DNA from: Octopus sinensis
Taxonomy: Eukaryota
Length of the DNA stretch: 64,000 nt
Direction: 5' to 3'
Assembly (NCBI RefSeq): GCF_006345805.1
Contig: NC_043004.1
Location: forward strand, 39,060,001 to 39,124,000
A model generated the notes under the pieces. That model was not told the origin of the DNA, did not search any database, and was given only the letters and a program-made list of their open reading frames with translations. Positions 24,101 through 39,569 of this stretch are shown here, piece after piece. How positions within the stretch are numbered: position 1 is the stretch's first letter; each line of letters begins with the position of its first letter. A program made the translations under genes and the position numbers.

Positions 24101-24199
24101 CACACCATATGCTACTTACGATATATTGTCACGTTTTTTTTTTCGTTTATAATAGTCATGTCACTACTTGTGTAGAGCTTCAGTTCTACACTTGTATTT

Positions 24200-25628
24200 T
24201 TAATTTTCACATTTACAAAGTTTCTGTTCGTTGTATTACCCCACTTTTTTTTTCGACTACAAACTTTTTTTTTTCGTTGTTCTGAATCCTCTTCGTTCTA
24301 CTGTGTCACTTCATGTGTCCTTTATTTCTACAACGAAATCGCTTCACTTTTTTAAGTGCACAATTTTTCCTCAGGTGTTTAACATCGCATGCAAAACATG
24401 GGTTTATAACCTGATGTTTCTCGTGGTTCTTAGAAAACTTTTTATCTCTATTCAGACTATTCCGCACTGGTTTTACTATGAAACAATCTTTACATACAAT
24501 TTCCCCTGTGTCGTATCTGAATTTAGGTATCCTTTCACATTCTTCAGACACTTTTTGCAAGGTTGCATCCTTGTTTTCCTGCAGCTTCGCAAGAATTCTA
24601 GTTCTGACTTCTACATAAGTTTTGGTAGTTAGTCTCTGTGTAAAAACCAGGCATTTGAACATATCTGGAGTTAATTTATCCAGCTTAAACTTCTCGCATT
24701 CCTTATTTACTCTACCAGTGTATATCATGTAGTCCTCGTTACTATTTTTCTTTATGTTCAGACACATCCACTCTGTTTTGAACAAGGAGCTTTTTTCACT
24801 GGAAATCTTACACAATTATTGTGTCATTAAACTTTACGTCAGACGGTTTTCTTTGATGGGGTGGGGGTCAAAAACTACTGTATGGTTCATGTTCTGTTGG
24901 CACCAGTTTTTTCAAGATTAAGCAAGTTTTCATTACGTCGTCCCAATCTTTATATTATATCTCTAAGATTTGCTCCTATCTTCTGTCGTATGCTTCGCCA
25001 GGTTCGTATTTGAATTCAGTCAATTGAATTCGCAACATAATCTGGCGAGAACATTTTTTTCTGGCTTTCATGATGACTTCAGTAATTGCAGCATTTGCAA
25101 TATTAATTGTTGTCGTTATTGTTTCTACTGTTGCTCTTTTATTGTTGCTGTTTTTGCACCTTAAGCAAACATGCAAATAAAATTTCCATACTTTTACGCT
25201 TTTTAGTAAAATTCGTACACCGACTTTGTGAGTTTATTAACTCCTCTTCGAGTTTCTGTTAACTCCACGTGAATTAGTTTATTCTCGCCGCCACTGTTAT
25301 AAAGCGGTTTTTTGCCATTGCTGTATGTGTCTTTCTACGATGCTTGTCGCTCTGACAGATATTGGTATATTCTGAGTTCATCGATAGGATGTTTCTATCT
25401 GGGACTGTACGACCCCCAGTCATACAGTGTTATTATCTTCAAACGGTTGTATCGTTAAAACGTCCACGCAGTATAACAGTATAATTACTATATCAGCACA
25501 AATACGACTCTCAACACAGGCTACACGTACTCTCATGATACCGGCCAATGTCACCTTACTTTTAGTGACATAATTATTCCACTTGTCCCGTGGGAGGGGT
25601 GTACCATTATTACTAATTCCCTATAACA
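24200..25628 (-). mobile_element. Second Mag-type gypsy, 5' part only (LTR + PBS + gag relic)
   Basis: 334-bp LTR 25295-25628 with perfect TGTTATA...TATAACA termini. PBS GTGGCGGCGAG at 25294-25284. gag relic DYVANSI / DMFKCLVF...TLQKVSEEC with two degenerate zinc knuckles (ORF 24306-24815). Confidence 0.88.
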
Positions 25629-25779
25629 CATATAACCATTCTGTTGACTTCATCTCTCTCATTTCCGACACCTATATCAACTTGCCGGACATCTATTTCT
25701 CTCTCTTCTCTTCCCCCTCTCTCTCTTTTCTCTATTGATTTCCTCTAACCGCTTCCACCTTCTTCAAATTTACTGGCTT

Positions 25780-27180
25780 CTACCTCTGCCTCGATTTTTC
25801 TGCCTAGCACCCATTCCACACCAAACGAGTCATCATTTATTGCCACTCCCTCCGTCTTCGACGTCTGAGCAGCTGCGACTGTGATCTTGAAACTCAATAT
25901 CAACACCTGGCCTGTCTTCCACTCGTTCCGCCAAGTGGATTACAACTCGACCCTCTTTCCTCATACCCGACTCTCAACTGCATAACTTTCCCCTCCTTTT
26001 CTGTCACACATCTTCGTAAGAAGATCCCACTGGCCTTTCGACTTCTAACCGACCACACTGCTTTCTTGAACCACATTTCTCTCCTTCAACCGCACCTGAA
26101 ATATACCATATTTTCCTTGCTCCAGATCACGGTGCTACACCCGTCCGTTCGTCATCAACAACTGCGCCATCACTGGAAACAACCAACATACTATTAAAAA
26201 CTGCGACCTCTTTTGTATTTCTTCAAACCAACAGATTTACATATTTCCGAGACAACTGCCTCTGAAAAAAGATACCATCGTCGCCCACCGTTCTGCTCGA
26301 CCAACTACTACCCCGAACACATCACTGTCTTCGACCTTGCTTTACACCATGAAACCATCACCATCACCAAACTTCGTCATGTCAACGATACATTTTCGCA
26401 ATACGAATTCATACACCGTTTGGACTTAACACCGCCCTCTTTCTTATAACGGCTTCCAACTTTATTTTCTATCTAATTCTCTTTTCCTTTCTCTGTTTAG
26501 CTTCCTCACATTTCCACATACCGACATACATAACTGACATCCCTACAAATAGGATACATAACTGGTTAATGTACACGCATCGACACACCCACACACATAC
26601 ACACTCATACACAGAGACACACGATCACTTGCATATATGCACACACCTATTCACACGCACTCACAGACACAAATCGCCTAATCTCTCGACCCCACTTACT
26701 CCACTTAAACACACAAAAACAGAAACACAGCACACATGTACTACCATCCCCCACAGAATTCCTTAAGATACACACACACTAATCACCACCCGCTTCCCCT
26801 CATACACACACGTAAAAACGTATATAGACACACAGTTTCTTTTGCACATACACTCTCACACACACGCACACTCACCTACACGCACTCATACTCACAGACT
26901 CAATGACCGCAAAATTACACATTCTCTATCTCTCTCTAACTTCTGGTCAGTTATTTTAAGGCTGTTTAATGACAATGAGCTTTTCTCCCGGCTTTCTACT
27001 CCGTCGTCCTTTTCCACCTCTTTGGACGTTACCTCCTTCGCACTAAAAGCCATGTTCATTACGTCATTTCCACTCCTATACTATATTTCAATCTACAACT
27101 TACACTGCGCGTCTATCTAATATATTTACTGTATACATGTAACTTTTGTTGTTTCAGAGCTAAACGTGGTCAATATAACA
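25780..27180 (+). mobile_element. Penelope-like element relic (RT thumb + GIY-YIG region + 3' flank)
   Basis: HPFHTK...SLRLRRLSS..D.ETQ (thumb), PCSRSRCYT.PF...CISSN.QIY (Zn finger/GIY-YIG start) and FCSTNYYPEHITVF...FIHRL.LTP (endonuclease C-terminal part). The 3' boundary is uncertain. Confidence 0.75.
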
Positions 27181-27369
27181 AAACCTAGGTACTGCATTTT
27201 ATACAACTTAAGTATACGACTGAACAGTCCAGAGTTCTCCAATAAGGGGCAGCGTTTGGAATAATTTTGTCAATAGGATTGCTTGATCTTGTTGACTTGG
27301 GATAAGCAACAGCAAAAGCAGTTGCAATGATAACAACAGCAGGGACATTTCCAATTAACGAGAGCCTCA

Positions 27370-28260
27370 GAGACTAAAATCCTTCTCCTAGTATGGTTTT
27401 GTTGAATTTAACAGAAATCCATTCCTGAGTTTTCTCAGGTTCATCAAATTTCATATGTGTGTTGTAATATTTTAGCAAGTGCTTAGCATTACTTTTCTCA
27501 GAATACAAACAATATAAGTGTTCTTTTTTTAAAGTGTAGCTGAGTAGAATCAAGTTTTCGTGGAGGCAAGTCAACACTCACATTTGAGTTCCCACTTGTA
27601 AGAGTTATTTAAAGGAAAATTCATTGAGGTTCAAATACACCTCTTTGAAATGTAGAAGTTAGACTACATGTAAAATATGTTGAACTTTTCTTAGAGTTTC
27701 TATGTCGATTTTCGTTGCACGTCTGATTCCATCCTCTATGAGTTGAACTGTGTAGTGTCTGTCAATTAGGGTGTTTTTGAGTTCTTGTAGTCTAAAGTTT
27801 CTGGTATTTTGTTCTGACACTATTGTGCTTATCCTTCTTGCAAGGTTTACGGGGATGTTTGTTTTAGTGTGTCATGGGTGACATTAACCAAAAAGTAGGT
27901 ATTGTTTGGCGTCTGTGGTTTTGTAAACTATGTCTGTTTCTATTTTGGGGTTAATTTTTTTAATTAGTATAGCTAAGAATGGAAGCTCCTTTTGGTTGTA
28001 CTCCATTGTGAACTGTATGTTTGGGTTGACACTGTTCAATAGGTTTTTGAATTTTAGGAGTTTATCTGTGTTTTCATTCCAGAGTATAAAACAGTCGTCT
28101 AGGAATCTTTTCCAATTCTCTTTTATATATGGGAAAGGGGGTTTCCAAAAGTCGATACAGATTCCTGGTATATTATTACCTCCAGGTAGCCCATTGTTAG
28201 GTTCGCAATGACTGGTGCTGCCCTTGTATTCATAGCAATTCGGGATGTTTGACGGTAAAA
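27370..28260 (-). mobile_element. Penelope-like RT relic (second family)
   Basis: YRQTSRIAMNTRAAPVIANLTMGYLE, WKRFLDDCFILW (FLDD at 28105-28094), NIQFTMEYNQKELPFL, TDIVYKTTD and HTKTNIPVNLARRI. Confidence 0.9.
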
Positions 28261-28512
28261 CGTATTGTCAAACACTTCGTAGCGAAGACACGACAGGATG
28301 TAGGTAAAGAAATTTGAGAAATTTGAAAAGAAAATACGAAACCCGTAATTTATCTAAAAGCTATGTTACTATACACAAAATTTCATAACATTTTGCTAAC
28401 ATAACGACTTAAATATATTCTTTAACCTTATAACAAATGCCTTCTGTAGTATTTTCACTCTTTTCTATTTTTTATACATCCAACCACGTTCTTCCACACA
28501 CCAACAATCTCA

Positions 28513-28569
<57 letters not shown>

Positions 28570-29199
28570 CAATAATCTCAAACTGCCATGCATTTTTAAA
28601 ACAATATGTTCCTCTAAGCATACTTCGAACAACATAAATCTCAATTACATTTTCAGTACAATTACAAATACATTTCAGATAGTTGACGGGTCCACAGAGA
28701 AAATTCAGCACAGATATTCTGACGAACACAATTCTGACATCAAATGGGATACTGTTTACAAAACATGATATTCATATTTTTCGTGTCATATAAAAATGGG
28801 AGATTAGAGGCTTAGAATCACATAGCTTTTCGGTGTCGTTTTTTTTTATAATTCTGGTAGTATCTACTGACCAATCACCGCAATAACTTATACATCAACA
28901 AAGCTGTCAAAAGTGAAGCAAACAGCATTTTAAGGATCTATAGCTAACTCGAAACGAGGGTTATAATTATGAAATCTAATACCTGTTGAATATAAGAGGC
29001 GATGGAAGCGCTTAAACCACCAACATTAAGAGAAGAAAATATCGATTATGTAACATATGTGTTAGAAGTAAAATCGGCAACTGTCTGAAAATGCCATTAA
29101 CATATTACATTCAATACAGCATCATATTGTTTCTAAAACGACTGTGTCACATTAATAATACCATCTGTAGAAAAACTGCTCGACAGCAAATACAAATAA

Positions 29200-29565
29200 T
29201 TCTATCTTTTAGTGGTTTCAGCCATTAGACTGGGACCATTCTGGAGCATGTCTTGATAAATATTTAGTCGAATGAATCAACCCCAATACTTATTTTAAGC
29301 TTTGTACATATTGTATTAATTTCTTTTTGCCAAAACGCTAGATAACAGTAAACCCACACCGGTCGTCAACCAGTGGTGTGCGATAAATATTGACACAAAG
29401 ACACATACACAAAAACACACACATACACATATACATGTGTGTGTGCGTGTGTGTGTGTGTGTAAGCGTGTGTGTGTGTGTGTGTGTGTGTGTAGTAAATC
29501 CACTCACAAATCTTTGGTCGACCCGTGGCTATAGCAAAGAAACGCTTGCTCGAGGTTCAACGCAT
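29200..29565 (-). mobile_element. Old family-A SINE copy
   Basis: Degenerate GTTTCAGCCATT...CTGGAGCA, internal (CA)n/(TG)n and AAATCCACTCACAAA modules. Confidence 0.65.
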
Positions 29566-29579
29566 GCGGGCCTTATATA

Positions 29580-29804
29580 TTCGTTTGTCCGGAAAGTTCG
29601 TGCCGATTTTTAAAGCAGAGAAAAAGGTCAATAAATACTTGCCATTACATTTTTAATCAGCCTAATATGAATCATTTTGTCGCACAATGCATCTCCATCT
29701 TTCCTTTAACTCGAAAATACCCTCTTCCCAGAATTGAGGTTCCTGGGAGGGTAAGTTGAAAGGTAAGCTACTATAAATCGGCACGAACTTTCCGGACAAC
29801 CCAA
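29580..29804 (-). mobile_element. Internally deleted mariner (MITE-like, 225 bp)
   Basis: ~30-bp TIRs TT(C/G)G(T/G)TTGTCCGGAAAGTTCGTGCCGATTT flanked by TA. The interior encodes the transposase C-terminus FWEEGIFELKERWRCIV on the minus strand. Confidence 0.88.
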
Positions 29805-30759
29805 TACATAGGCTTCAAAACAAAAAAAATAGTTTCATATTCCAAACAGAATTTCACCAGATATGTTGGTTTGTGGCGAGAGAGAATATATTTGGGTGAC
29901 TACGAAGTTAACCTAGAATATATTTAAACAAAACACAGACATTTTATATACTTTACATATCCTCTCAATAAACTGAACCGTGCAACTGTAGCATTTTACC
30001 TGGCCAGGTATATATATTGTAGCGAGAAAATGTAGTTTTTGGTACAAAGAAGATTGTTCTCAAATAGTATCAAGAGTTTCTAAAAAAAAGAATGATGTAA
30101 ATATACTGTAACGCCATACACGATTTACTTGGAATTAAAATCTTACACACACACACACACACACATAAACATACTCACACACACAAACATATATGTATAT
30201 AATCTGTTATGTGAATATGTGTGTATATATATGTGCGTGTCTGTGTATGTGTGTGTTTGTGTGTGTATGTGTGTGTGACAGAGAGAGTGTGTGTGTGTAT
30301 GTATGTGTGTGTGTGTGTTCGGTGTCCGTGGTATCACTTCAGACACAAAATATAGCACGGCGTCAAATTTGGTATCAAAAGAAAAGATTTTCTTCATGAA
30401 TAAAAATCTACATTTCTGATGAAATATATTTTTTTTTTAAATCGATCGTATCTTATTTTTCGTTCGAAGTAATTCAGATAATGAAAGAGAACATTGCATA
30501 AGCAAAACTCGCAGTAACGTCGAGGTTATTCATATTTGCTTAAATATCAATCCAATTTATGTAAGAGTACAATGAAAGCGCCATCATTCTTTATGTCATG
30601 GGCAGCGTGTATGGTATTTGTCTCTCTCTCTCTCCCTCTATGTGTGTATGTGCATATGTAATGTATGGATGTATGTCTATGTGAATATGTGTACAGAGAG
30701 AAAGAGTGAGAGAAAGAGAGCAGAGTTAGATAGGCTAGGTAGATAACATTACTTTATAA

Positions 30760-31355
<596 letters not shown>

Positions 31356-31455
31356 GGGAATGTGTATGTGTATGAGGGAATATGAATTGGTGTTTACTGA
31401 AAGATGTCTAGCAGTTTCTATGCAGAGGCGCAAAACTCATGCATAGAAACATACT

Positions 31456-31486
<31 letters not shown>

Positions 31487-34400
31487 ACACACACACATTT
31501 GCATGCATACACATATCCGTTTTACATATACATTGTATGTGTGCCTACATATCCATGCGTGATTAGGTCGTTATGTTCGGAGGTGTTGAGTAACAAAAAA
31601 GAGAGGGAATATATGAGATGAGTAAGTGCTAGACATCAAAATTGTGTATACAAATATACACTGTAGATGAACACTGCATGGAATATAGACGTAGTGGCCC
31701 ATAGATATACTGGGAAAGAGCGAAATGAAGAGAATAAATTGAACAAAAGATATGAAAAGGGAGCCAGAAGAATGTTTGCCATTTGAACAAACATAGATGA
31801 AAGTTTTTTAGAATCAATCAATTTAGGTTTATAATGTTAACGTTCCGTATAATATTTATATATAAATTCTATAACAAGCATTGTATTTAATCAAGCATAA
31901 ACATAAATATATACATGCCTAAATGATGTATATCTTTGTTGACGGCTAAATAAACAGTATATTGAATAGATGAAATTTATTTTCGTGTGGAATTAGATTT
32001 ATTTGGTATGATAACAATACAATATTGTCTACAAATCTCATCCATCATACCAACGGCTAGTGAGTTCAAGTCATGCCTGTGTTTTACTTCTTTTTTATAT
32101 ATCATTAGTTCTATTAAGATATCTGACAGACTGGCTCTAGTATGAATTCGATTGATTGGAATTCTTACAATACATGATCTCGTGACGTGTTTAAAAATCC
32201 GTATTGAGGCGAAAGAGGAAAAGAAAGAGAGTAGTGCATCATGCAGAATATAAAGGTACTTTATTTAGTAAATAAATTTTACGTTCAAATTTTTAATTTC
32301 TAATGATGTACCTTGTCACACCTACTACATCCGATTATAACTGATTGCAGCGATTTTCATAAAATATGTCACATTTTGCCTATTTGGAAATTATTTTACT
32401 CTCTCCTCACCATCGTCTTGGTTGTGGTGCCTATTTAGAAATCTCTGTTTATTGCTTTTTCTCTCTCTTCGCAGCTTTGGTTCCTATTTAGAAACTAATA
32501 TTTTTGTCCTGGATCCTCACTGAATTCGTGGTAGTTATTTTGACATCTTCGTTCGCCGAACATCAAACCACTGTCTTATATTCAAGGCATCTCATAGTAT
32601 ACTAGCTGTACTAAGGGAACTTCCTGTAATGTCATGAATTTAATTGCTAAATTGATTTAAGTAAAGCATTTGGTGATAAACTTTCAGGCACATATTCAAG
32701 TGATCCTATTATGGCAGGAACTTTTCGCATTTCCAAGTCCCTTTAAATTCTTATTATAGACCCTGGTCTTATTTCTTTGTAATTGCATTTAACTGTTGCA
32801 GTATTTAATGTAGATCTCTAGTTAGACAAGTTTTAGACAGTCAGCAAAAACTGGGTAAATAAGCAGTGAACTGCAATCGTTCACACTGGGCAGAAGAATA
32901 TTTTATCAGCAATAGATTTTTTAATCTGCCCATATAACCGTATTAATTCAGGGATGCTTGCATCCAATTCTATCTTGAAACCAACGAAGCTGTAGGTTTT
33001 TGTTATTGAAAATATATCGTATACTAACAGTATTGCTTGGGTTTGTTTTTTAGTTGCGCTTAAAACGGCAGACTTTGATGTCGCGTTAACAAAGTTTTGA
33101 CATAGTTTCAATCTTTTTTGAAAAGTAAAAATGTTGTATTATGGGGCTTGTTATTCTCTTTAAGTGAACATTTTTCTGGTTGAAATACACCGAAAAATGG
33201 CGACACAGCAGTCCAAAAAATTGTAAAAAAAATAGGGATTTTCATAGAAAAAAGCAGATTTTTTATATAAATAATGTTTGGTCTTAACATGTTCTGATTT
33301 GATTGTTTTCTTCTCCGGAACGAAGAGCAAGCCTTCTTCTATCAAATTTTCAATTTTGGTCAACTTGCGCCGCAGGGTCTCAGCGGAGATAGTGTTAGTT
33401 GAGGGCTACCAAACCTGCCCCACACACACACAGACAACTTCAGCTTTATATGTATAGATTACAACTGAAAATATAGTGTGTCCATTAGTAAATTTACTGT
33501 ATTTAATCTTAATAGTAAAACTAAACAAAGAGATGGAATTTGCGATATTTCTAAACCATTGCATTGTTACCTTTGTCGAGTTTTTTTCAGTCACACAAGT
33601 AATATAGCGAAAACAATACTAGCACAATTACGCTGTGATACATTGTTTTACATATTATATTGTATACTATTTCTAAAAAAACTACAAAAACTAGCCGTTG
33701 TATTATAAAAGCTTTGACCTTCCTCTCCAGAAATTATCAATCTATGTTGATGTATGGATGAGTTTTCCCATCAATTAAATGTCCGCTCGTCGACAATAAC
33801 AACAAGAATATCAGTATAACACGCATAATCACTAGCTGCCATGAATGGCAACTAAATCTGTTCCAGTTCGCTGCATTATGAATTTAATGCCGATCGGAAT
33901 TGTCAGATAGGTTGAATTCTACAGAAGACAAGATGTCTTTCAACATTTGAAATATTTTCTCCAGACATAGTTTTGTGTGTGTGTCCTTGTGTGCAGCTGT
34001 GAATACAACTGTGTCTTTCAGCCTATTTATGTGATGACATATGTGTATACATCTTAGTGTTAATTTTAGATGCAGCATGCCAAAACCTACGCACTAGTCA
34101 ATGCATTACCGATTTAAGCTTCTTTACATTTGTTGTGGAGACCAAATAAATAAGACAGATTGATAAATATTTAAATTCCATTATGTATGTTTGAGTATAT
34201 TGCTCTGTATACTTACGTGTTTCTGTTCTTTATTTGCATTTAGCAAAAATAACGAACGAAAAACCGGAAGTTCCTCTCAAAACTATTTTAATATTTCATA
34301 ATATAAACTAGTTCAAATAGAAGATTGTCATTCAGCATGAAACAGCAAAACCATCAGTAAATATTTTGTTGAGAAACGTGACTTCATGACTTGCAGTTTT

Positions 34401-35009
34401 ATTTTAATATGTCAGACTAGCAATTGTTTGTTTCGTTGAATTAATAAAGAATATTAATATATGTTTGTATGCTTGTTGCGTGTGCATGTGTGAATGAATA
34501 CACATACACTCGCGCATATATAGATATAACAGGCAAAGCCACATGTATTGAAAACTGTAAAATCGTGGTATTAAAATACGATGAATGAGGGATAATATTG
34601 ACACTAAAGTTTCGGATCCTTCTATCGCCTGAAGTAACAGCAAATGAGGGAGGAGGAAGGACGCAATATTTGCAGAAGCTGAGAAGGGAAGACAAGAAAT
34701 ATTATTCTTGGGAAACGCTTAAAATGTTACATGGGTAACGGTAAAGGTGGTTATTACTGAGTGTACGTACGATTGGTGTGGTTCGTCAGCTGCCATAATC
34801 GAAGAATCTGTATTGAATAATAGTGCGAGTACGGTGCATATGTCCATAGACGGCATATGGTGAGATTTGTATGCTTAGTAGAGTATACAGCTCTAACACA
34901 ACATGAACTGTACGTATGCCGTGTGGGTTTTTTCGTTTATGCATACTTGTGCAAATCAACTTACGTCTATGAGAGTGCATATGAAAAGGAAAATATGTAT
35001 ATATATATA

Positions 35010-35195
35010 GATCGTTAGCCACTACATACATTTCTTTCTCTCCTTGTTTCTCTCCTTGTTTTTTTTTTCTGTGTACCCTTCTGTAGAAGAGCGTAAGCTC
35101 GAAAAGTACAAGACTTTTTTTCTATTCCTGAGCGTTATACTAATACATCTGTTTGTTTTGTACACCACCTGTCTTTTGTTTTTTTCGTAAACTTT

Positions 35196-35200
<5 letters not shown>
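35010..35200 (+). mobile_element. Short Penelope-type non-autonomous element with degenerate hammerhead core
   Basis: CTGTAGA-AGAGC-GTAA-GCTC-GAAAA at 35081-35105. Shares CCTGAGCGT with the 60-kb element and ends at (TA)n. Confidence 0.5.
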
Positions 35201-35265
<65 letters not shown>

Positions 35266-35708
35266 ATATACTCTATAGAGAGAGAGAAAGAGAGAGAGAG
35301 AGATATTTAAGTGAGAATAAATATTAACTTCTGGTATGAGTACTTCTGCCGTACTTCTGGTTTTAATAATTATACACACAAACGTACTCTCTGGTTTAGC
35401 TGTTTCTGTTTTTTCAGTGTAAAGATTTATTATTTTAGTACGTTTATAGTAAAATGTTAAAGTTACTATATGGCGTAAGAATGGTTGCATTGAGCGTTCT
35501 GTTTTATGATACTCTTAATTATTCACGTAACGTCATTTTTGTATAGTTCATGCATATTTAATCTATGTTGTGCCTCATAATATTACTGCTTTGCATTTCT
35601 GCCTGCACTCATCCGTGACTGGTTTTCACCTGTTTAAGGTGATTATAGTATGTAATATGTAGCGACTTTGGTACTTACTTTCTTTAGTTATATGAACATT
35701 CATTGTCG

Positions 35709-35745
<37 letters not shown>

Positions 35746-37329
35746 CGTGCATGCACATATATATATATATATACACATGCACGTATATGTGTGTATATAT
35801 GTGTGCGTGTTTGTGCAGGTGTGTGTGTTTGTCTATTTATGTATGTATTTAAGACTTATGTATGTAATTTTACCAACAGGTATCTTGCAGTTTGTTTGGA
35901 ACATTAAAGATGCTGAACTCATCGTCAGCAACGTTTCTAAATTTTCTCCTTTCTCTTCGAGCATACAAAAGACAAATTCAGGTGGGAAATAACTATAACA
36001 AAATAAGATAAACTTTCGTCATCAAATTTTCAGAATTATATTTGCAAAATGAATCATACACATGAGTACCTATCTTTAGACATCACAAAGATCAATATGT
36101 ATATAAATCAAAGATGTATATAAATAAAAACAAAACATTTAGGTAAAATGATGGAGGATCATGGAAAATGGCATATGATGATAAATTTACAAAACTCGAT
36201 TAAATCTGTGAGGTCAACATAAAAATATTCTCTAAAGTATCTGATCTTGTAGAGTGATTTTCCCCGATACATTCACTTACAATGCAGTTAATGACAAGAA
36301 CTTAATGAAATGTTTTATTACCCATAATTCCCCGCCTTGCAGAACATCTTTTGGAAATTGAAAAGTATCAAATTATATATTGGTGTGAAAAAAAAATGGT
36401 CTTGGAATCCAAATAACTAAGAATCAAACAGAGAAAAGGAATTTGATAGTTAATCACTAAAAATTATCCGGATATTTAATATACATTCTGGTTAAATTCG
36501 AGGAAAATTTTCTTGAAAACTGTAGCTCATCGAAACTCTGTCAAATTCAACAACTCTGTTCGCCAACATCTACTCCAAACATGATGCAACGGTACAAAAT
36601 GATGATTGAAGAACTGTAGTGTAATTGTTTCAAAGAGATACAGAGAAAATAAAGAGAAATTAGAAACTGTTAACAATCTGTATCAACAGAGTGATAATAA
36701 CAGATAAAATCGCATGCAGCGTAAATTAATTTCAGGAAAGTAAGATATCGAAATGCATAAAGTAAAGAAGAAGATCTCGTGTTCTGTTGTCGCTTTTGCT
36801 TGTAAATAAAGGAAACGTTAATCTATTTTCGAAATGGATATTTGCTTCACACACAATCTGATTGATGGTTTCTAAACATAAAGCAAAAACCTCACTGTGT
36901 CTAGAATCGAAGCGTAATGAAAGATTTAACATTCTAGTAGGAATGCCTATTAAGCTGTAAATATCATGCATGTTGTTGTAGATAAATTTCGTAACTGCAC
37001 GAAATACGATGTTTGAATACATTTCTCCGATGACATTCACTCACAAATGTTAGCCATTGCAACTTAGATATAGCTTTCTTTCGATGTGTTCTAAGCTCAC
37101 AAACTCTCTTACACATGCACGCAAAAAGAAATATGTACATACATATATTTATACATATATAATGAAAATGGCTTTAGTTTTTTTAATAGGAGATAGCAAG
37201 GTTCGGGTACAGGTAAGGTATCTGTAATTTCTATGAAACTATATATCTTCGCTCAGTAATACTTATTGGCCGACATGTCAGTCCCAGCTACGTTAACTAT
37301 ACGTGAATTCGCTGCACTCAAATCTGGTA

Positions 37330-37720
37330 CCTTTTCAAGTTCTTTATCGAATTTGCTTTTTTCTTCATCAAATATGCTCGGCCTCTTCTCGCGCGTTTTT
37401 GAAACCTTCATTAGTTCCAATCACCATCGAGAGAAAGCATTGTACTCCTCAAGCGATCATGGGACCACTCTTGTGGTTCCTCGCCAGAGGCTAATTCTCT
37501 TCACGACAGTTCTTTTTAGATCCTCCCATCTGGCATGCGGTACACATGGCCCAACCATAGAAGGCCACGTCATTTCAGTAGGAAGAGTACGCTCCGAGTC
37601 CACGTGCGAGCCAAAAACCTCGGTAAACCACTTGATGTTCAGAATCGGTTTCAGGCTGTGTTGTCACTAGATATTGAGGCGCTGCTCCTGTCAGAAGTAG
37701 ATACTTCTGGGCTCTCTGCC
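37330..37720 (-). mobile_element. RTE-clade LINE fragment (RT C-terminal region)
   Basis: QEQRLNI...LKPILNIKW...EVLART...LLK.RGLLWLGHVYRMPDGRI, across frameshifts. Confidence 0.8.
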
Positions 37721-37825
37721 TTTTAGCAGTGTGGTACGTGCGTGTGTGTATTTATATAGACAGACAGACAGACAGGCAGGCAGACAGACAGACAAACAGA
37801 CAGATAGATAGATAGATAGATAGAT

Positions 37826-37862
<37 letters not shown>

Positions 37863-38149
37863 GAGATAGATACAGATAAATAGATATAGATAGATACAGA
37901 TAGATAGATGGAGTTGGTAGTTAATAAATCGCATGGTATATACTTGGCAGTTTGCCGGTAAAGCACGTGCACTAGCTCAGTGTTCGTTGGGTGAGTAATC
38001 AATGATAGAGACGGAAGATGGAGTGTACGAGAATTTTTATTGATCACTACAATTGTTTTGACCAATTTAGTATCGATTCTGCGCAGGTGCGATACTGCAC
38101 AGCTGGTTTAATACATCTCTCGGAGTACATGTGTCACCTTAGGTGATTC

Positions 38150-38390
38150 AAAGAGATATCTCGTTGAAATAGAATAAACTCCGATTCGCATAACTTATTA
38201 CTGCATGCTGCCTTCTTTGGCTTCGCAGGCAAAAAATATTTCCTGGCTTTAAAGGTATCACGAAAGGCAATGCCGGAAGGCCGAACCTTCTGAGTTCTTT
38301 TACAGGGCTTAGAAACGTTGAAGGATGGCTACAATAAATGTGTGAATCTGAGAGGCGAATATGTTGAATAAAATCCTAATTAATTGATCC
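38150..38390 (+). mobile_element. mariner 3' fragment
   Basis: LQGLETLKDGYNKCVNLRGEYVE* matches the mariner C-terminal motif. Confidence 0.65.
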
Positions 38391-38686
38391 TCCTGTATTC
38401 TTTTACCCAAAACCCGGTACCTTTCAGTATGCCTAGTTTATATGTGTGTGTGTGTGTGTGTGTGTGTTTATATGTGCATGTATATATATTATGTACATAT
38501 ACGCACGTGTGTGCGTACCATTCACACACAAACACAAACACAAACGCACACACTCGCAGACAGACACACACACACACGCACAGACAAGAGGGGTTGATGC
38601 TCGATGTATCGAAACTATTGTCGTGATAAGTAAAAATGCTCGTATATTACGTCTTCCGTCTTTCATTTACTATATATGTGTGTGTG

Positions 38687-38740
<54 letters not shown>

Positions 38741-39193
38741 TGTTTGTATGTGCGTGTGTGTGTCTGTGTGTGTGAGAGAGAGAGAGCACGCCTTATATAG
38801 CTTCGCAATTGGGGTTTAAATAGCATTCAAATTATTTTCATTCGTTTACCAGTGTTTGAAATATCCATCTTCATTAATAATGAGGCAGTGTGTCTAAAAC
38901 ATACAGTTATTGTAACTGTCTGATAGCTAGCTGTTAGAGCCATTAGCATAGATATATGATCGTAATTTCAATTCAATTTTGTATCTTTTTCACCGGAAAT
39001 ATTGTATGCTCTTTCAATGTCACGTCTAGAAAATGTATTAAACGCGTGTTGATAGTTGAAAACTCGAGGGAGACATCTGACTGATATCTTATTGGTTAAA
39101 AGAAGAATGAGACTGACAGACGATTTTTTTTCACATGTTCCACTTTGTTTTTCCATTTGCAGATCATTGTCATTATTATTATTATTGTTATTA

Positions 39194-39226
<33 letters not shown>

Positions 39227-39249
39227 TATTATTATTATTATTATTATTA

Positions 39250-39569
39250 CTTTTTTTCTTCTTTCAAATTTGCTTCCATTTCTTGCCGAGTGTCTTCCCG
39301 ACTCCTAGGGCAAAGAAACTCATAGTATACATTGGTAGGCCATTAAACCAAACTCAATAGTTCGTTCATTTTTTTAATTTTTTTTTTTAAGTTATATTAA
39401 AATACATGAGCAGCAACAGTTCTCACATCGACAATGCTCTTCTCAATACGTGTGATGTACCAGTTAAGACAATCTTTTGCACTTCTTGCAGGGATGGTAA
39501 GCCAGGGATCATTCTCATATAATTTTCGGTTCCCTTCTTGATCATTCCTAGTGCTCCTACAATCACTGG

